Assembly: GCA_017398545.1 (NCBI GenBank)
Contig: JAFQFT010000011.1
Coordinates: 31,429-95,428, forward strand
DNA: 64,000 nucleotides
Direction of reading: 5' to 3'
From: Bacilli bacterium
GTDB lineage: Bacteria > Bacillota_I > Bacilli_A > ML615J-28 > CAG-313
Part shown: positions 29,097-39,936 of the stretch, piece after piece
Position numbering within the stretch: position 1 is the stretch's first letter
Layout: every line of letters starts with the position of its first letter
Program-made: the position numbers and the translations under genes
Notes under the pieces: generated by a model
The model's input: the letters and a program-made list of their open reading frames with translations, nothing else
Told to the model about the DNA's origin: nothing
The model's database searches: none

Positions 29097-29852
29097 TTAT
29101 TTTAATTCCCACATTAGAAGTGCAGCTGCAATACTAACGTTTAAACTTTCTACATCATTATTCATTGGTAAAATAATATTTTTATCACAAAGTTCTAATA
29201 CTTTAGTGCTTACACCTTGTGCTTCATTACCAACAACGATAGCTAGTTTTTTTAATTTTTCTACTTCTTTGACACTTATTGATGATTCAAGATGAGTTCC
29301 ATAGATAGTTATATCATTTTGTTTCAATATTGATATTATTTTAACTAAATCACCTTTAAATAAAGGTATTTTAAAGATTGCTCCTTGTGTAGCGCGAAGG
29401 ACTTTTTCATTATAATAATCAACAGTTTCTAAACTTGATATTACAGCATCTATTCCAAGTGCTGCACTAGTTCTAATAATAGTACCTAAGTTACCTGGAT
29501 CATTTACGTCATCTAGAATTAGTATTCTTAAATTATCTTTAGAAATAATACTTTCTAAATCTTGATTTGTAATGGAATTTACAACCCCAATAATATTTTG
29601 TGGACTTTTTGTAGAAGATAATTTTTTAATAATTTGTTCGTTAACCAAATATTTTTCATCTACATTAATTTTATCTAATACTTCTTTTTCAGTACAAAGA
29701 ACAACTTTTAAGGTATTATGTTTTAAAGCTTCTTCTACTAAATGATATCCCTCAACAATGAATAAATTATATTCATTTCTTGCTTGTTTATCTTTTAATG
29801 ATAATAACCATTTAATATAAGAATTATTTACCGAAGTAATTTCTTTAATCAT
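29097..29852 (-). CDS. TrmH/SpoU RNA methyltransferase
   Basis: DPGNLGTIIRT, GNEAQG, ESLNVSIA. Confidence 0.92.
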   Translation of the reverse strand: MIKEITSVNNSYIKWLLSLKDKQARNEYNLFIVEGYHLVEEALKHNTLKVVLCTEKEVLDKINVDEKYLVNEQIIKKLSSTKSPQNIIGVVNSITNQDLESIISKDNLRILILDDVNDPGNLGTIIRTSAALGIDAVISSLETVDYYNEKVLRATQGAIFKIPLFKGDLVKIISILKQNDITIYGTHLESSISVKEVEKLKKLAIVVGNEAQGVSTKVLELCDKNIILPMNNDVESLNVSIAAALLMWELK

Positions 29853-29853
29853 T

Positions 29854-30588
29854 TTAGTTTGTACCTATTTCACCATAATAATATACAGCATATTCATACC
29901 ATAAGTATTCAAGACGTTCTTTCAATACAGTTAATTCACCTTGAAGAAGTACCACACCAACTGATAATACTAAAATAAAGATATTAGCAAAAATTAACCA
30001 TTTAGTAATTTTTGAATTAAGATCTTTTCTTTTTCTAAAGATAAAATAAACACCAACTGATATTAGAATTAATAAAAGTGGAAGCCATAGGTATGAAACA
30101 CATACTCTAAACCAATAACCAAAATCACTCCACATATATTCACTGCTTTGAAGAGCCATCATATCTACATATTTTTCCCATAGCATATCATAAAAAAACT
30201 TATCAATAAATGAATCTAAACAAGCACTTCCTACTGCTTTTGTTAAAAATGGCATTGAACATAAACATATAAATGTAAATACACAATATAACATTACACT
30301 CCAGTGTATTTTATCAAGGACAGAAACTTTCTCAACAATAACGCCATCTTCATTAACTTCTTTATCAGAATCATTTAACTTACTTAAACGTTCTTCTTCA
30401 GTAAGTGCTAAATGATCGTTTAATATTTGATATTCTTCTTGAAGTTTATCAATCTCTTCATCACTACAAGGAAGATCTTTCCCAAGAAGTAAAGCTTCAT
30501 TATACTCATTAATTAATTTTAATACATATGCTTTTCTCTCTACTGCTTCTTCATATGTATCTGGAATTTGATATTCAAAATCACTCAT
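29854..30588 (-). CDS. Hypothetical membrane protein
   Basis: Acidic N-terminus, three TM segments. Confidence 0.7.
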   Translation of the reverse strand: MSDFEYQIPDTYEEAVERKAYVLKLINEYNEALLLGKDLPCSDEEIDKLQEEYQILNDHLALTEEERLSKLNDSDKEVNEDGVIVEKVSVLDKIHWSVMLYCVFTFICLCSMPFLTKAVGSACLDSFIDKFFYDMLWEKYVDMMALQSSEYMWSDFGYWFRVCVSYLWLPLLLILISVGVYFIFRKRKDLNSKITKWLIFANIFILVLSVGVVLLQGELTVLKERLEYLWYEYAVYYYGEIGTN

Positions 30589-30717
30589 TTTATTTTCACC
30601 TCTTTATATAAGTATATCATATTTAATCAACAAATACAATTAAAAACTTTTTATCATTTTCTTTTAATTGAAGAATAACTAGATTTATGGTATAATTGAT
30701 AAAGAAAAGGTGATAAA

Positions 30718-31827
30718 ATGATTTATTTTGATTATACTGCAACAACTAAACCAAAAAAAGAATTGTTAGAATTACACACTCGTATAAACCAAGAATACTG
30801 GTGTAATACAGAAGGAATGTATAACCCAGGCGTAAAAGCACATATGTTACTTGATAAATCAAGTCAAGTAATAATTGATACATTAAAACTGAAAAATAAA
30901 AAAGTCCTATTTACATCAGGCGCAACTGAAGCAAATAATACAGCTATCTATGGTATATGTTCAGGTCATTATAATGAACCAAAACACATTATAACAACAT
31001 ATCTTGAACACGCATCAGTATTAAATGTATATAAAGACTTAGAAAAACGTGGTTTTAAAGTAACATATCTTATTCCAAATAAAGATGGTATTATAGATCC
31101 AATTGATTTAGAAAAAAATATTACAAACGATACAATATTAGTATCAGTAATGTGGGTAAATAATATAATTGGTACTATTCAACAATTAGATAAAGTAATT
31201 GAAATCATCAAAAAACATCCAAGAATAAAACTTCACGTTGATGCTGTTCAAGGATTTGGAAAAATACTTCCAAATTTTAATTTAAATGATGTTGACCTAT
31301 TAACTCTTAGTGGCCATAAACTAGAAGGATTAAAAGGAACAGGTACACTCATTTATAATGATAAACTTCATTTATCATTTATTAAAGGAGGACATCAACA
31401 AGATGGAATTAGACCAGGAACAGTTGATTTAGCTGGATGTGTTGTAATGGCTAAAACTATTCAATTAGCATCAATTAATATATATGAAAAATATCTTGAT
31501 GTAAAAAAGAAATATGAATATTTAGTTAACTCATTAATAAACGAACAACATATCATCTTAAACAAATCACAATATTCATCACCTTATATTTTAAGTATTA
31601 CATTCAAAAACGTAAAAGGTGAAACAGCACTTCATACATTAGAAAAAAATAATATAATGGTAGGAACTGGTTCTGCGTGTAACTCACATTCTAAAGATCA
31701 AGAAAAAACACTTATCTATACTTTAGAAGATGCCACTCTCGCAGTTAACACGATTAGAATTAGTTTATCTACATATACTACTTATGAAGAGTTAGATTTA
31801 TTGATTAAACATATTAAAGAAATTTAG
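30718..31827 (+). CDS. iscS: Cysteine desulfurase (NifZ/IscS2 type)
   Basis: FTSGATEANN, EHASV, HVDAVQ, SGHK, GSAC; precedes thiI. Confidence 0.9.
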   Translation: MIYFDYTATTKPKKELLELHTRINQEYWCNTEGMYNPGVKAHMLLDKSSQVIIDTLKLKNKKVLFTSGATEANNTAIYGICSGHYNEPKHIITTYLEHASVLNVYKDLEKRGFKVTYLIPNKDGIIDPIDLEKNITNDTILVSVMWVNNIIGTIQQLDKVIEIIKKHPRIKLHVDAVQGFGKILPNFNLNDVDLLTLSGHKLEGLKGTGTLIYNDKLHLSFIKGGHQQDGIRPGTVDLAGCVVMAKTIQLASINIYEKYLDVKKKYEYLVNSLINEQHIILNKSQYSSPYILSITFKNVKGETALHTLEKNNIMVGTGSACNSHSKDQEKTLIYTLEDATLAVNTIRISLSTYTTYEELDLLIKHIKEI

Positions 31828-31836
31828 GAGAAATTT

Positions 31837-33057
31837 ATGACAGATCATATATTAATAAGATACGGTGAACTTGCACTTAAAAAAAGTAATCGCAAACAAT
31901 TTATAAATCGTATTAATAAAAGTATTAAACGTGCATTAGAAGGATATGAAAATCTAGAATTTGATCCAAGAGGACTTAGATTTTATATTATTTTAAATAA
32001 CAATCCATACTTAGATGAAATAATTGAAATACTAAAAAAGCTCCCTGGAATCTATTCATTCTCTGTCGTGTCTAAATGTAACTCCAATATTGATGACATT
32101 GTAAACCTTGCAGAAAAACTTTTAAGAGATGAATTTAAACAAGGTATGAAAACCATTAAAGTTGATACTAATCGTGGTGATAAACACTTCCCAATGACAT
32201 CTTTAGATATTACTAAAGAAGTAAGTAGACAATTATTTAGACGTATTGAAGGATTAAAAGCAGATGTCCATAACCCTGAACTAACACTACATTTAGACGT
32301 TCGATTCGAAGGAACTTTTATCTTTACAAATATCATTATGGGAATGGGCGGAATGCCAAGTGGATCTATAGGTAAAGTAATGCTAATGGTATCTGGAGGA
32401 ATTGACAGTGTTGTTGCGGGTTATTTAGCAATTAAAAAAGGAATGGCAGTTGAAGCAGTACACTTTGCAGCACCACCATATACATCTGATTTGGCAGTTC
32501 AAAAAGTAATAGACCTTTTAGAAAAACTTACTCCATATACAGAATACCAATCAATTAATTTACATATTGTTCCATTTACAGAAATTCAAACTAAAATTTA
32601 TGAATGTTGTAGAGAAGATTATGGTATTACTATTATGCGTAGAATGATGTATCGTATAACAACAAAATTAGCAGAAAAACATAAATGTCTTGCAATTTTA
32701 AACGGTGAATCAATTGGACAAGTAGCAAGCCAAACATTAGAAAGTATGGCTACAATTGGTGAAGTAACATCTATGCCCGTTATTAGACCACTTGCAACAT
32801 TCGATAAAAGTGAAATCATCAAAATAGCAACATCTATCGATACCTATGATATCTCAATTCGACCATATGAAGATTGTTGTACTGTATTTGTTCCTAAACA
32901 TCCACAAATTAAACCACTTAATACAAAAGCTTTTGAAGAAGAAAATAAATTTGAATTTAATGAATTAATTAAAAAAGCAGTTAATGAAACAAACACACTA
33001 GTTATTAAAAGTTCAAAACACCTTGATTTATTCAATCAAAATGATGATATTTTTTAA
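31837..33057 (+). CDS. thiI: tRNA 4-thiouridine synthase
   Basis: [13 protein letters not shown] domain, SGGIDS, GQVASQT, PYEDCC. Confidence 0.95.
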   Translation: MTDHILIRYGELALKKSNRKQFINRINKSIKRALEGYENLEFDPRGLRFYIILNNNPYLDEIIEILKKLPGIYSFSVVSKCNSNIDDIVNLAEKLLRDEFKQGMKTIKVDTNRGDKHFPMTSLDITKEVSRQLFRRIEGLKADVHNPELTLHLDVRFEGTFIFTNIIMGMGGMPSGSIGKVMLMVSGGIDSVVAGYLAIKKGMAVEAVHFAAPPYTSDLAVQKVIDLLEKLTPYTEYQSINLHIVPFTEIQTKIYECCREDYGITIMRRMMYRITTKLAEKHKCLAILNGESIGQVASQTLESMATIGEVTSMPVIRPLATFDKSEIIKIATSIDTYDISIRPYEDCCTVFVPKHPQIKPLNTKAFEEENKFEFNELIKKAVNETNTLVIKSSKHLDLFNQNDDIF

Positions 33058-33084
33058 TTGTAAAAAATTGGTATGTAATTATTA

Positions 33085-33113
33085 GATTAATTTACAAAAA
33101 TCTACACATACTA
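33085..33113 (+). promoter_or_regulatory. sigmaG-like promoter of the SASP gene
   Basis: GATTA-17 bp-CATACTA (consensus sigmaG -10; imperfect -35). Confidence 0.6.
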
Positions 33114-33134
33114 TTTTTACAGGAGGTGAAAACA

Positions 33135-33335
33135 ATGAACTCATCTTATTCAGGAAAACAAAAATTAGTTGTACCTGGTGCTGAAAATGCTTTAAATAAC
33201 ATGAAGTATGAAATCGCAAATGAACTTGGTGTAAACCTTGGTCCAGATGCTACAGCACGCCAAAACGGTAGCGTTGGTGGTGAAATCACTCGTCGTTTAG
33301 TTTCTATGGCTCAAAGTAATATGGCTGGTAAATAA
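33135..33335 (+). CDS. sspA: Alpha/beta-type small acid-soluble spore protein
   Basis: [14 protein letters not shown]...[16 protein letters not shown]; nifZ-thiI-sspA synteny; ATG 33135 behind AGGAGGTGA; terminator ~33350-33376. Confidence 0.93.
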   Translation: MNSSYSGKQKLVVPGAENALNNMKYEIANELGVNLGPDATARQNGSVGGEITRRLVSMAQSNMAGK

Positions 33336-33467
33336 ACTAAATTATAACGAAAAGCTCTTTTTTAAGAGCTTTTTTTGTTGCAAAAAGTTTTATTTTTGTT
33401 GCAATAATTTTGAAATAATTCCATTTATTTAGTATAATTTTTATGCTAAAAGATTAGGAGGATTAAC

Positions 33468-33740
33468 ATGCAAGAAAATTTAAGACATGTCGAATATACA
33501 ACAAGTGGAGTTTGCGCAAGAATGATTAGTTTTGATTTAGACGAAAACAACAACATTCATAATCTTGGTTTCTTAGGAGGATGTTCAGGAAACTTAAGAG
33601 CAATCTCAAAACTAGTTGAAGGAAAAAACGCACTTGAAATAGCTAATATTCTTAACGGTAACAAATGTGGCCCACGTCAAACAAGTTGTGCTGACCAATT
33701 ATCAAAAGCTATTTTAGAAGCATTAGACTCAATTAAATAA
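33468..33740 (+). CDS. TSCPD-domain protein (TIGR03905-like)
   Basis: GVCA, FLGGCSGN, CGPRQTSCADQL. Confidence 0.85.
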   Translation: MQENLRHVEYTTSGVCARMISFDLDENNNIHNLGFLGGCSGNLRAISKLVEGKNALEIANILNGNKCGPRQTSCADQLSKAILEALDSIK

Positions 33741-33781
33741 CACAAATATCCAGAAGAATTTTCTTCTGGATATTTTATTTT

Positions 33782-36640
33782 TTAATCATTATATGGTATT
33801 TTTATTTTATGAACCCATAATTCATTTTTTAATTTCATAAAACTATTATAAGATATAATTGTAGAATCATTATATATTATTTTCATTGAACTAAAACTAA
33901 ACATTGATACACCTTTTACATTTTCAAGTGTATTTAAGAATAGCAACTGATTAATTAATTCATCAGGTTCTGTTTTCCAAGAATATGTATAATCACTACT
34001 AATTGAATTATGAAGACCAAGTCCAATATATAAATCACATTTTTTACCTTCTAATACTTTATTCCACCAAGTAGTTATCTCATGAAAACTATAATTATTA
34101 TAATTAAATGACGTATAACATTGTGGCATAATGTAGTCGATCCATTCTTCATTTACCCACTTTACAGTATCTGCATACAAATGTCTATTATAGTGCCCTC
34201 CACCACCAGTATTAGATCCACTTTCTATACTACCATCACCACTTTTGTATGTACCAGTAGGTGAAATACCAAACCTAACATTTCGATTATTATTTAAATT
34301 AAATTCACTTAAGCCTAAATGTATTTTTCTAATTAACTCACTAACATTCATTCTACGCCAATCTTCTTTATCAGTAATACTATTTACATCAAATGAACCA
34401 GGATTATTATTAATATATTCTATATAATCCAATTGATCCGTTTCTTCTAATATACTAGAATTATTAGATAACTTTTGATAAAAATAATCATCAAAATGAA
34501 TTGCGTCAATATTATATTTACTTGCAAGTTCTAAACACACATTAACGATATAATCTTGCACTGCTTGTTTTGCTGGATTTAAAATTGCACCACCTGATGC
34601 GCTTGTATAATAAGTAAGTAAAATATTATCTGGATCACTTGCGGGATTAAGTGGAAAGTTTTCATATTCTTTTGATACAACATCAGCTGTATCAGTATAT
34701 TTTACACCATAAAGTTTTATACGATAAGGATTTAACCATGCATGAAACTCAATTCCTCTTTTATGACATTCATCTATTAGCCACTCTAAATAATCCCATT
34801 CTTTAAACGATTCTTTAGTTCCATATTCACTTGGTATTGGAGCAAGATCAGTATTATAAAAAGCATTATTATGAGTTCTTACATGAAAGATCATACAGTT
34901 CATATTATAACTTTCTAAAAAATCAAGCACATAGGTTAATTCTTTTATCATTTCTTCTTTATCATCACTAGGAGTAAAATTCTTAATAAACGAAGATACC
35001 CAGCATGCACGAAGTTCACTTTCTTTTTCAACATAAACCTCAGGTATTTCAACCGCAACATAACTGTTACGATAAGTAATAGTTTTACCATCATATACAA
35101 TATAATTATTATCTATTATATTAGGATCATCCCATTTAGCAGTTAAAGTAATATCACATTCATAATTAAATATAAATTCATTTTCCACTTTTTCATAATC
35201 AATATACCATCCTAAAAAATCACATTCATCTTTTATAGGAATTGGTAAACTAACCTCACTACCTTTACTTGCATAAAGAGGTTTAAGTTCATCACTAGAA
35301 AGTGTTTCAAAGTTTATTGTATATATATTATTAGTAATAATTTTTGCGTATAGTTTAACATCACCTATAGTATCTTTTTTAATAATAGTATATGGTCCAT
35401 CAGTAAATTTTTCATCTTTATACCAACCACCAAAACTTTTATCGGTCGGAATATATAAATTTATATCATTCTTATTATACTCATATTGATTTACTAAATT
35501 CACATCATTTTTTGGATATCCATAAAATAATTCTTCTCCACCATATGAACTAAGATATTTATCAGGGTTATCAGTCATATACCTATAAAAATCTAAAGCC
35601 CCATAATTATATTCAACTTCTTCATAACCAAATCTTTTATTTGATTTACATATATTATTTCTTACGTAACTTGATAGTTTATACCATTTATCTTTATACT
35701 TACTACTATTAAAGAAATATTCATCATTATTTTCTTCAATACTATTATTATAAATTAAATAGTTTATACCACCAAAACTACCACCAATAAAGTGTGTCCA
35801 AAGAGGATCACTTCCTTCAATTCCATATACAAAGCTACGATATGAAATATTTGGTTTCACAAACTCATAAAAATCATTTAAAAATTCATTTACCAAATCG
35901 CTTTTTGATGAATAATATAATAAAGAATCATCAACAACATAATCAATATTAAAAACAGTTTGTGTAAGATTATAAATTGCGGTAACAATGGTATCACTAG
36001 ATATATTATCAAGTGACTTATCCCAACCAATAAATTCATAATATTCTTTTTCAGGTACAACTATATCTATTGCACTATGACCTTCAATAACATTTTGTGT
36101 ATCTAAAACACTTCCATCACTATCAATAAAGGTAACAGTATATATATTAAAATACTTCGCGTTTAAAGAAAAAGACTCAGTTACAACATTATTAAAATCA
36201 TATTCTACATCATCAAGATACCAATTATCAAATGCTTCATCTTCAATATTTAAAAAATCATAATCATCAATACTAATTATATCTCCATAATAAACACTAA
36301 TAGTATAACTATATTTTCCATTATTAATATATATATTAATAAGTTCTTTTTCGCCACAAGCACATAATCCACTTATATATTCATGAATATGAGGTGTAAC
36401 ATAATTTAAATCTTTTTCACCGCATCTTTCACACACTCCTTCGTTATATATATGACCAAGAGCTGGAATAACGATTTGTTTGGTTTCACTACAACATGTT
36501 TCTATTACATGATAGCCAACTTCTGTACATGTAGGATCTATAAAATATTCACTTGTTGAATGGGTATGTGGCTCTATACATGATGTTAACGAAAATATAA
36601 ATAACAAAATTATACAAATTATATATATATGGTGTTTCAT
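33782..36640 (-). CDS. Lipoprotein with InlB B-repeats and C-terminal GHL10 (DUF187, YngK/YddW-like) glycoside hydrolase
   Basis: Lipobox LTSC, FIGWD/FLGWY repeats, RACWVSS, HAWLNPYR, IHFDDYFY, FGISP, IDYIMPQ. Confidence 0.85.
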   Translation of the reverse strand: MKHHIYIICIILLFIFSLTSCIEPHTHSTSEYFIDPTCTEVGYHVIETCCSETKQIVIPALGHIYNEGVCERCGEKDLNYVTPHIHEYISGLCACGEKELINIYINNGKYSYTISVYYGDIISIDDYDFLNIEDEAFDNWYLDDVEYDFNNVVTESFSLNAKYFNIYTVTFIDSDGSVLDTQNVIEGHSAIDIVVPEKEYYEFIGWDKSLDNISSDTIVTAIYNLTQTVFNIDYVVDDSLLYYSSKSDLVNEFLNDFYEFVKPNISYRSFVYGIEGSDPLWTHFIGGSFGGINYLIYNNSIEENNDEYFFNSSKYKDKWYKLSSYVRNNICKSNKRFGYEEVEYNYGALDFYRYMTDNPDKYLSSYGGEELFYGYPKNDVNLVNQYEYNKNDINLYIPTDKSFGGWYKDEKFTDGPYTIIKKDTIGDVKLYAKIITNNIYTINFETLSSDELKPLYASKGSEVSLPIPIKDECDFLGWYIDYEKVENEFIFNYECDITLTAKWDDPNIIDNNYIVYDGKTITYRNSYVAVEIPEVYVEKESELRACWVSSFIKNFTPSDDKEEMIKELTYVLDFLESYNMNCMIFHVRTHNNAFYNTDLAPIPSEYGTKESFKEWDYLEWLIDECHKRGIEFHAWLNPYRIKLYGVKYTDTADVVSKEYENFPLNPASDPDNILLTYYTSASGGAILNPAKQAVQDYIVNVCLELASKYNIDAIHFDDYFYQKLSNNSSILEETDQLDYIEYINNNPGSFDVNSITDKEDWRRMNVSELIRKIHLGLSEFNLNNNRNVRFGISPTGTYKSGDGSIESGSNTGGGGHYNRHLYADTVKWVNEEWIDYIMPQCYTSFNYNNYSFHEITTWWNKVLEGKKCDLYIGLGLHNSISSDYTYSWKTEPDELINQLLFLNTLENVKGVSMFSFSSMKIIYNDSTIISYNSFMKLKNELWVHKIKIPYND

Positions 36641-36720
36641 AAAATAGCACTCCCTTTTTTATAAATTATACCATAGATTTATATATATGTCTAATGTTTT
36701 TAAAAAAAGAAAATAGTTAT

Positions 36721-37455
36721 CTATACAACCCTGTATAAATAACTATTTTTCTCTTTCCCAATTCTTTCTACAACATTTAAATGTGTAAGTACATTTAAAG
36801 CAGTTGTAGCTTTTTTTATATTTAATTTAGTACTCTTTGAAAAATCTTTTGATGTAAAAACTTCTTTTAGATTATATTTTAATAATAAATCTTTAAAGTC
36901 ACTTGTAGTATTAATATCATATATATGATTAATCTTCTTTGGAACTTGATTTTCTCTTTCAAAACCTTTTCTTCTTTTCCAAGTTTTTTCTTTTTCTATT
37001 CTGTACTCATCAATATCAAGCATAAGTATTTTAAAATGAAGATTTTTATCTAATAAAAAGTTTTTAATTTTATATAACTCCCAAAATATTTCAAGTGGAT
37101 TTGCATGTTTAGGACTTTTTTTAACAGATACAAGTTCTCCATAGTCATTAGTTAAATAAATTACTTTATTTAAGGCCATTGGATAAACAATTGTGACTTC
37201 ATGTTCTTTTAAAAAGAATTCTAATTTCTTACGCATTAAATTAAAAGATTTAGTTTGAATTTCATATATATGATTATCTAATACAACATCAGCATACATT
37301 CTACCTATTTTAATTTCATGATTTGCGTCATCTAGTGATAAATAAAATTTAAGTACTCGATGTAGTGTATGTTCTTTTAATAATCCTATTTTATCTTTTT
37401 CAATATCTTTTAAACCTTTTTCAAGCGCAAGACTTAATTTAATATTTTCATCCAT
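36721..37455 (-). CDS. Putative PD-(D/E)XK nuclease-fold protein with C-terminal wHTH
   Basis: E-H...E...ADV...IYEIQT pattern; C-terminal FTSKDF...ALNVL...VERIGK...YLY. Confidence 0.55.
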   Translation of the reverse strand: MDENIKLSLALEKGLKDIEKDKIGLLKEHTLHRVLKFYLSLDDANHEIKIGRMYADVVLDNHIYEIQTKSFNLMRKKLEFFLKEHEVTIVYPMALNKVIYLTNDYGELVSVKKSPKHANPLEIFWELYKIKNFLLDKNLHFKILMLDIDEYRIEKEKTWKRRKGFERENQVPKKINHIYDINTTSDFKDLLLKYNLKEVFTSKDFSKSTKLNIKKATTALNVLTHLNVVERIGKEKNSYLYRVV

Positions 37456-37784
37456 TATTTAAGATGTCTTTCCATATATTCTACTCGTCCGCAATTTTTA
37501 CATTTAAGCTTTCTTGAGTTATTACCACGTTTAGAAAATAATACTTCTAAATAATTCATTTTATTTTTTTCTTTACAATGAGAGCACTCATAAACAAATG
37601 TATTCATTCTAATAAGTGCTACTACTAGATAACCAATAATTAATACTGCCATAAAAATAATGACAAGATATTCAACACTAGTAACTTTTAATGGAATACA
37701 AATAAATAACATTAATAAGCATAACACTAATAAAATTAAATAAGATAAGGTTGCTATAAATAAAGGTAATTCTTTTTTATTCAT
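37455..37784 (-). CDS. 2-TM protein with C-terminal zinc ribbon
   Basis: CSHC...CKNC after two TM helices. Confidence 0.7.
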   Translation of the reverse strand: MNKKELPLFIATLSYLILLVLCLLMLFICIPLKVTSVEYLVIIFMAVLIIGYLVVALIRMNTFVYECSHCKEKNKMNYLEVLFSKRGNNSRKLKCKNCGRVEYMERHLK

Positions 37785-38647
37785 TATTTATTATTCTCCT
37801 TTTGTTCGACTGCTTCATTATATTGCTTTTCGTGTTCTCTTGCAAGTTCATCTGCAATAACCATTTTATCAATAATTTTTTTAACAGTTAAATCAAGGTC
37901 AGTATTTTTTGAATAATTAGCAGGGCAAATAAATCCTACACGTTTTTCTAATAATAATTTTTGAACACGATCCTTATTTTTACCATGATAAAGTGCAATA
38001 GATTCTCCGCCTCTATCTCTTACTAGTTTCATACAAGGAACATCAGTAATACCATCACCAATATATATCATATTAGTATATGGAACACTTCTAGAAGTTT
38101 GAGGAACATATGAGTTAACAACCGAATCATCTTGTAAATCAAGAGCTCCTTTTGATATTCTAAAAATAAATTGTGTTTTAGTTGTATAGTTAACTACTTG
38201 AGCAGGCCAGTCTGCATTACCATTTGTATTATAATGGAATTCACAAGCATAAATTCGTTTAAAATATCCTGCAATTGGAGTACCTTCCATTATTTCTTTT
38301 AATCCAGAAGAAATAATATAATGCTCAATTTTAACACCTTTACTTTTACCATACTCATTAATACGTTTAAACCAAGTTTTTACACCTGGTAACAGTTCAA
38401 CATCTTTACCTAAAGCTTCAAATGCTTTTCTATTAATTTCAACATCTTTCTTTCTTGCTTGTTTGATCATTAAAAACATATAAGCTAAGATTCTATCCAT
38501 ATTGTTTTCTCTAGATATACGGTCTGCTTCACCCCAAAACTCAGGAGCAGTCATTCCAAGGCTTGGAATAAATGTATATTCTTGTTGATCTTTACCAGAT
38601 AATGTTTTATCAAAATCATATAATAATGCAATAGTTGGTTTTTTCAT
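37784..38647 (-). CDS. HAD-family hydrolase
   Basis: YDFDKTL, IISSG, YIGDGITDVP. Confidence 0.85.
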   Translation of the reverse strand: MKKPTIALLYDFDKTLSGKDQQEYTFIPSLGMTAPEFWGEADRISRENNMDRILAYMFLMIKQARKKDVEINRKAFEALGKDVELLPGVKTWFKRINEYGKSKGVKIEHYIISSGLKEIMEGTPIAGYFKRIYACEFHYNTNGNADWPAQVVNYTTKTQFIFRISKGALDLQDDSVVNSYVPQTSRSVPYTNMIYIGDGITDVPCMKLVRDRGGESIALYHGKNKDRVQKLLLEKRVGFICPANYSKNTDLDLTVKKIIDKMVIADELAREHEKQYNEAVEQKENNK

Positions 38648-38656
38648 ATAACACAC

Positions 38657-39328
38657 CTACTTTCTGTTTTTTCCTTTCAAAACAAATACTTGATATATAC
38701 AATATATATAATATGGAATTGTTGCAATACCTATAATTACAAATAATACACTTGATAATGATATCGCAATCATAATATACCACCATCTAAAATATTGTCT
38801 AAATCTTCGTATTACTTCTATTATAATAAATATACCACCACATGCACATGCTGCGATAACAGGATAAATTATATTATAATATTCATATAACATATTTGGA
38901 GCAGAATTACCTGCCTCTACCCATAAATCATTTAGTTCTTGATAATACTCTGCCATACTAAGTGATACTAAATATCCAAGTAATGCTGCAATAGGAATTA
39001 ATATAAGCGGTAATAAATAAAATATTACTTTAGCACGACTCCCATAATACCAATTAAAATTACTTCTGTTAGAGCCATGTTTCATTCTTTCGTACGCATC
39101 AAGTCTTTCTTGCTTAATATCACGAACTCTGATATCTTCTTCACTTATTCTTAAAATTGGACATATTACTATTAAATCTTTTGTATAAACTTTAATAGTT
39201 CCTTTTTCCCAACCAAGAACAGTTTCTACACTTACATTAGCTATTTTAGCAAACTCTTCTATAGATAATCTTGCTTCTTCACGTAAAACTTTTATATTAG
39301 ATGGAAGATAATTTTTATCTTGTTCCAT
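38657..39328 (-). CDS. Xre HTH fused to a membrane domain
   Basis: IKVLREEARLSIEEFA...WEKG followed by three TM helices. Confidence 0.8.
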   Translation of the reverse strand: MEQDKNYLPSNIKVLREEARLSIEEFAKIANVSVETVLGWEKGTIKVYTKDLIVICPILRISEEDIRVRDIKQERLDAYERMKHGSNRSNFNWYYGSRAKVIFYLLPLILIPIAALLGYLVSLSMAEYYQELNDLWVEAGNSAPNMLYEYYNIIYPVIAACACGGIFIIIEVIRRFRQYFRWWYIMIAISLSSVLFVIIGIATIPYYIYCIYQVFVLKGKNRK

Positions 39329-39367
39329 AATAATCACCTCTAATTTATTATATTATTTTATTATTAA

Positions 39368-39913
39368 CTAATGTTTAATTAACTTAATAAATAAAACATC
39401 TTTATTTAATACTTTCGTATTTTTACTTTTTAATACTTGTGGAGTAGTTTCCATTGATATTATTATCGCAAGTGCTCTTCCGTACTCCATCAAATTATCT
39501 CTTAATTTTTTATTATATTCATAATATGCATCCATTATAAACGATCCATCAAACTTAATCTTCAAAATATTCGCTTGCCTCAAATCAATTCTAGGCAAGG
39601 CCTTTGAAGGTGCATGTTTAGATAGTGAAAATAATGGTAAATACTGTGCTACTAACAATCTAAACCCTTCATCAAGTCTAAGCGACATTAAGTACTGAAT
39701 ATAAGTTACATCGTAAACAAGTAAATATGCAATATAAGCAATAGTTACACCTATAACGCTAATAACTATTCCCTTAAATGAATATTTTAATATTGTTATA
39801 GCAATAATAAGAATATATATGATAAAAATAATTAAGTCAGCTGTTAAATAACTATGAAAATATTTAATAAACATTTTCAACATATTTTTAGTTTCACTAA
39901 AATTATCACTCAT
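39368..39913 (-). CDS. Hypothetical membrane protein
   Basis: RBS AAAGGAG, two TM segments. Confidence 0.6.
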   Translation of the reverse strand: MSDNFSETKNMLKMFIKYFHSYLTADLIIFIIYILIIAITILKYSFKGIVISVIGVTIAYIAYLLVYDVTYIQYLMSLRLDEGFRLLVAQYLPLFSLSKHAPSKALPRIDLRQANILKIKFDGSFIMDAYYEYNKKLRDNLMEYGRALAIIISMETTPQVLKSKNTKVLNKDVLFIKLIKH

Positions 39914-39936
39914 ACATACTCCTTTCTAAGATACTG

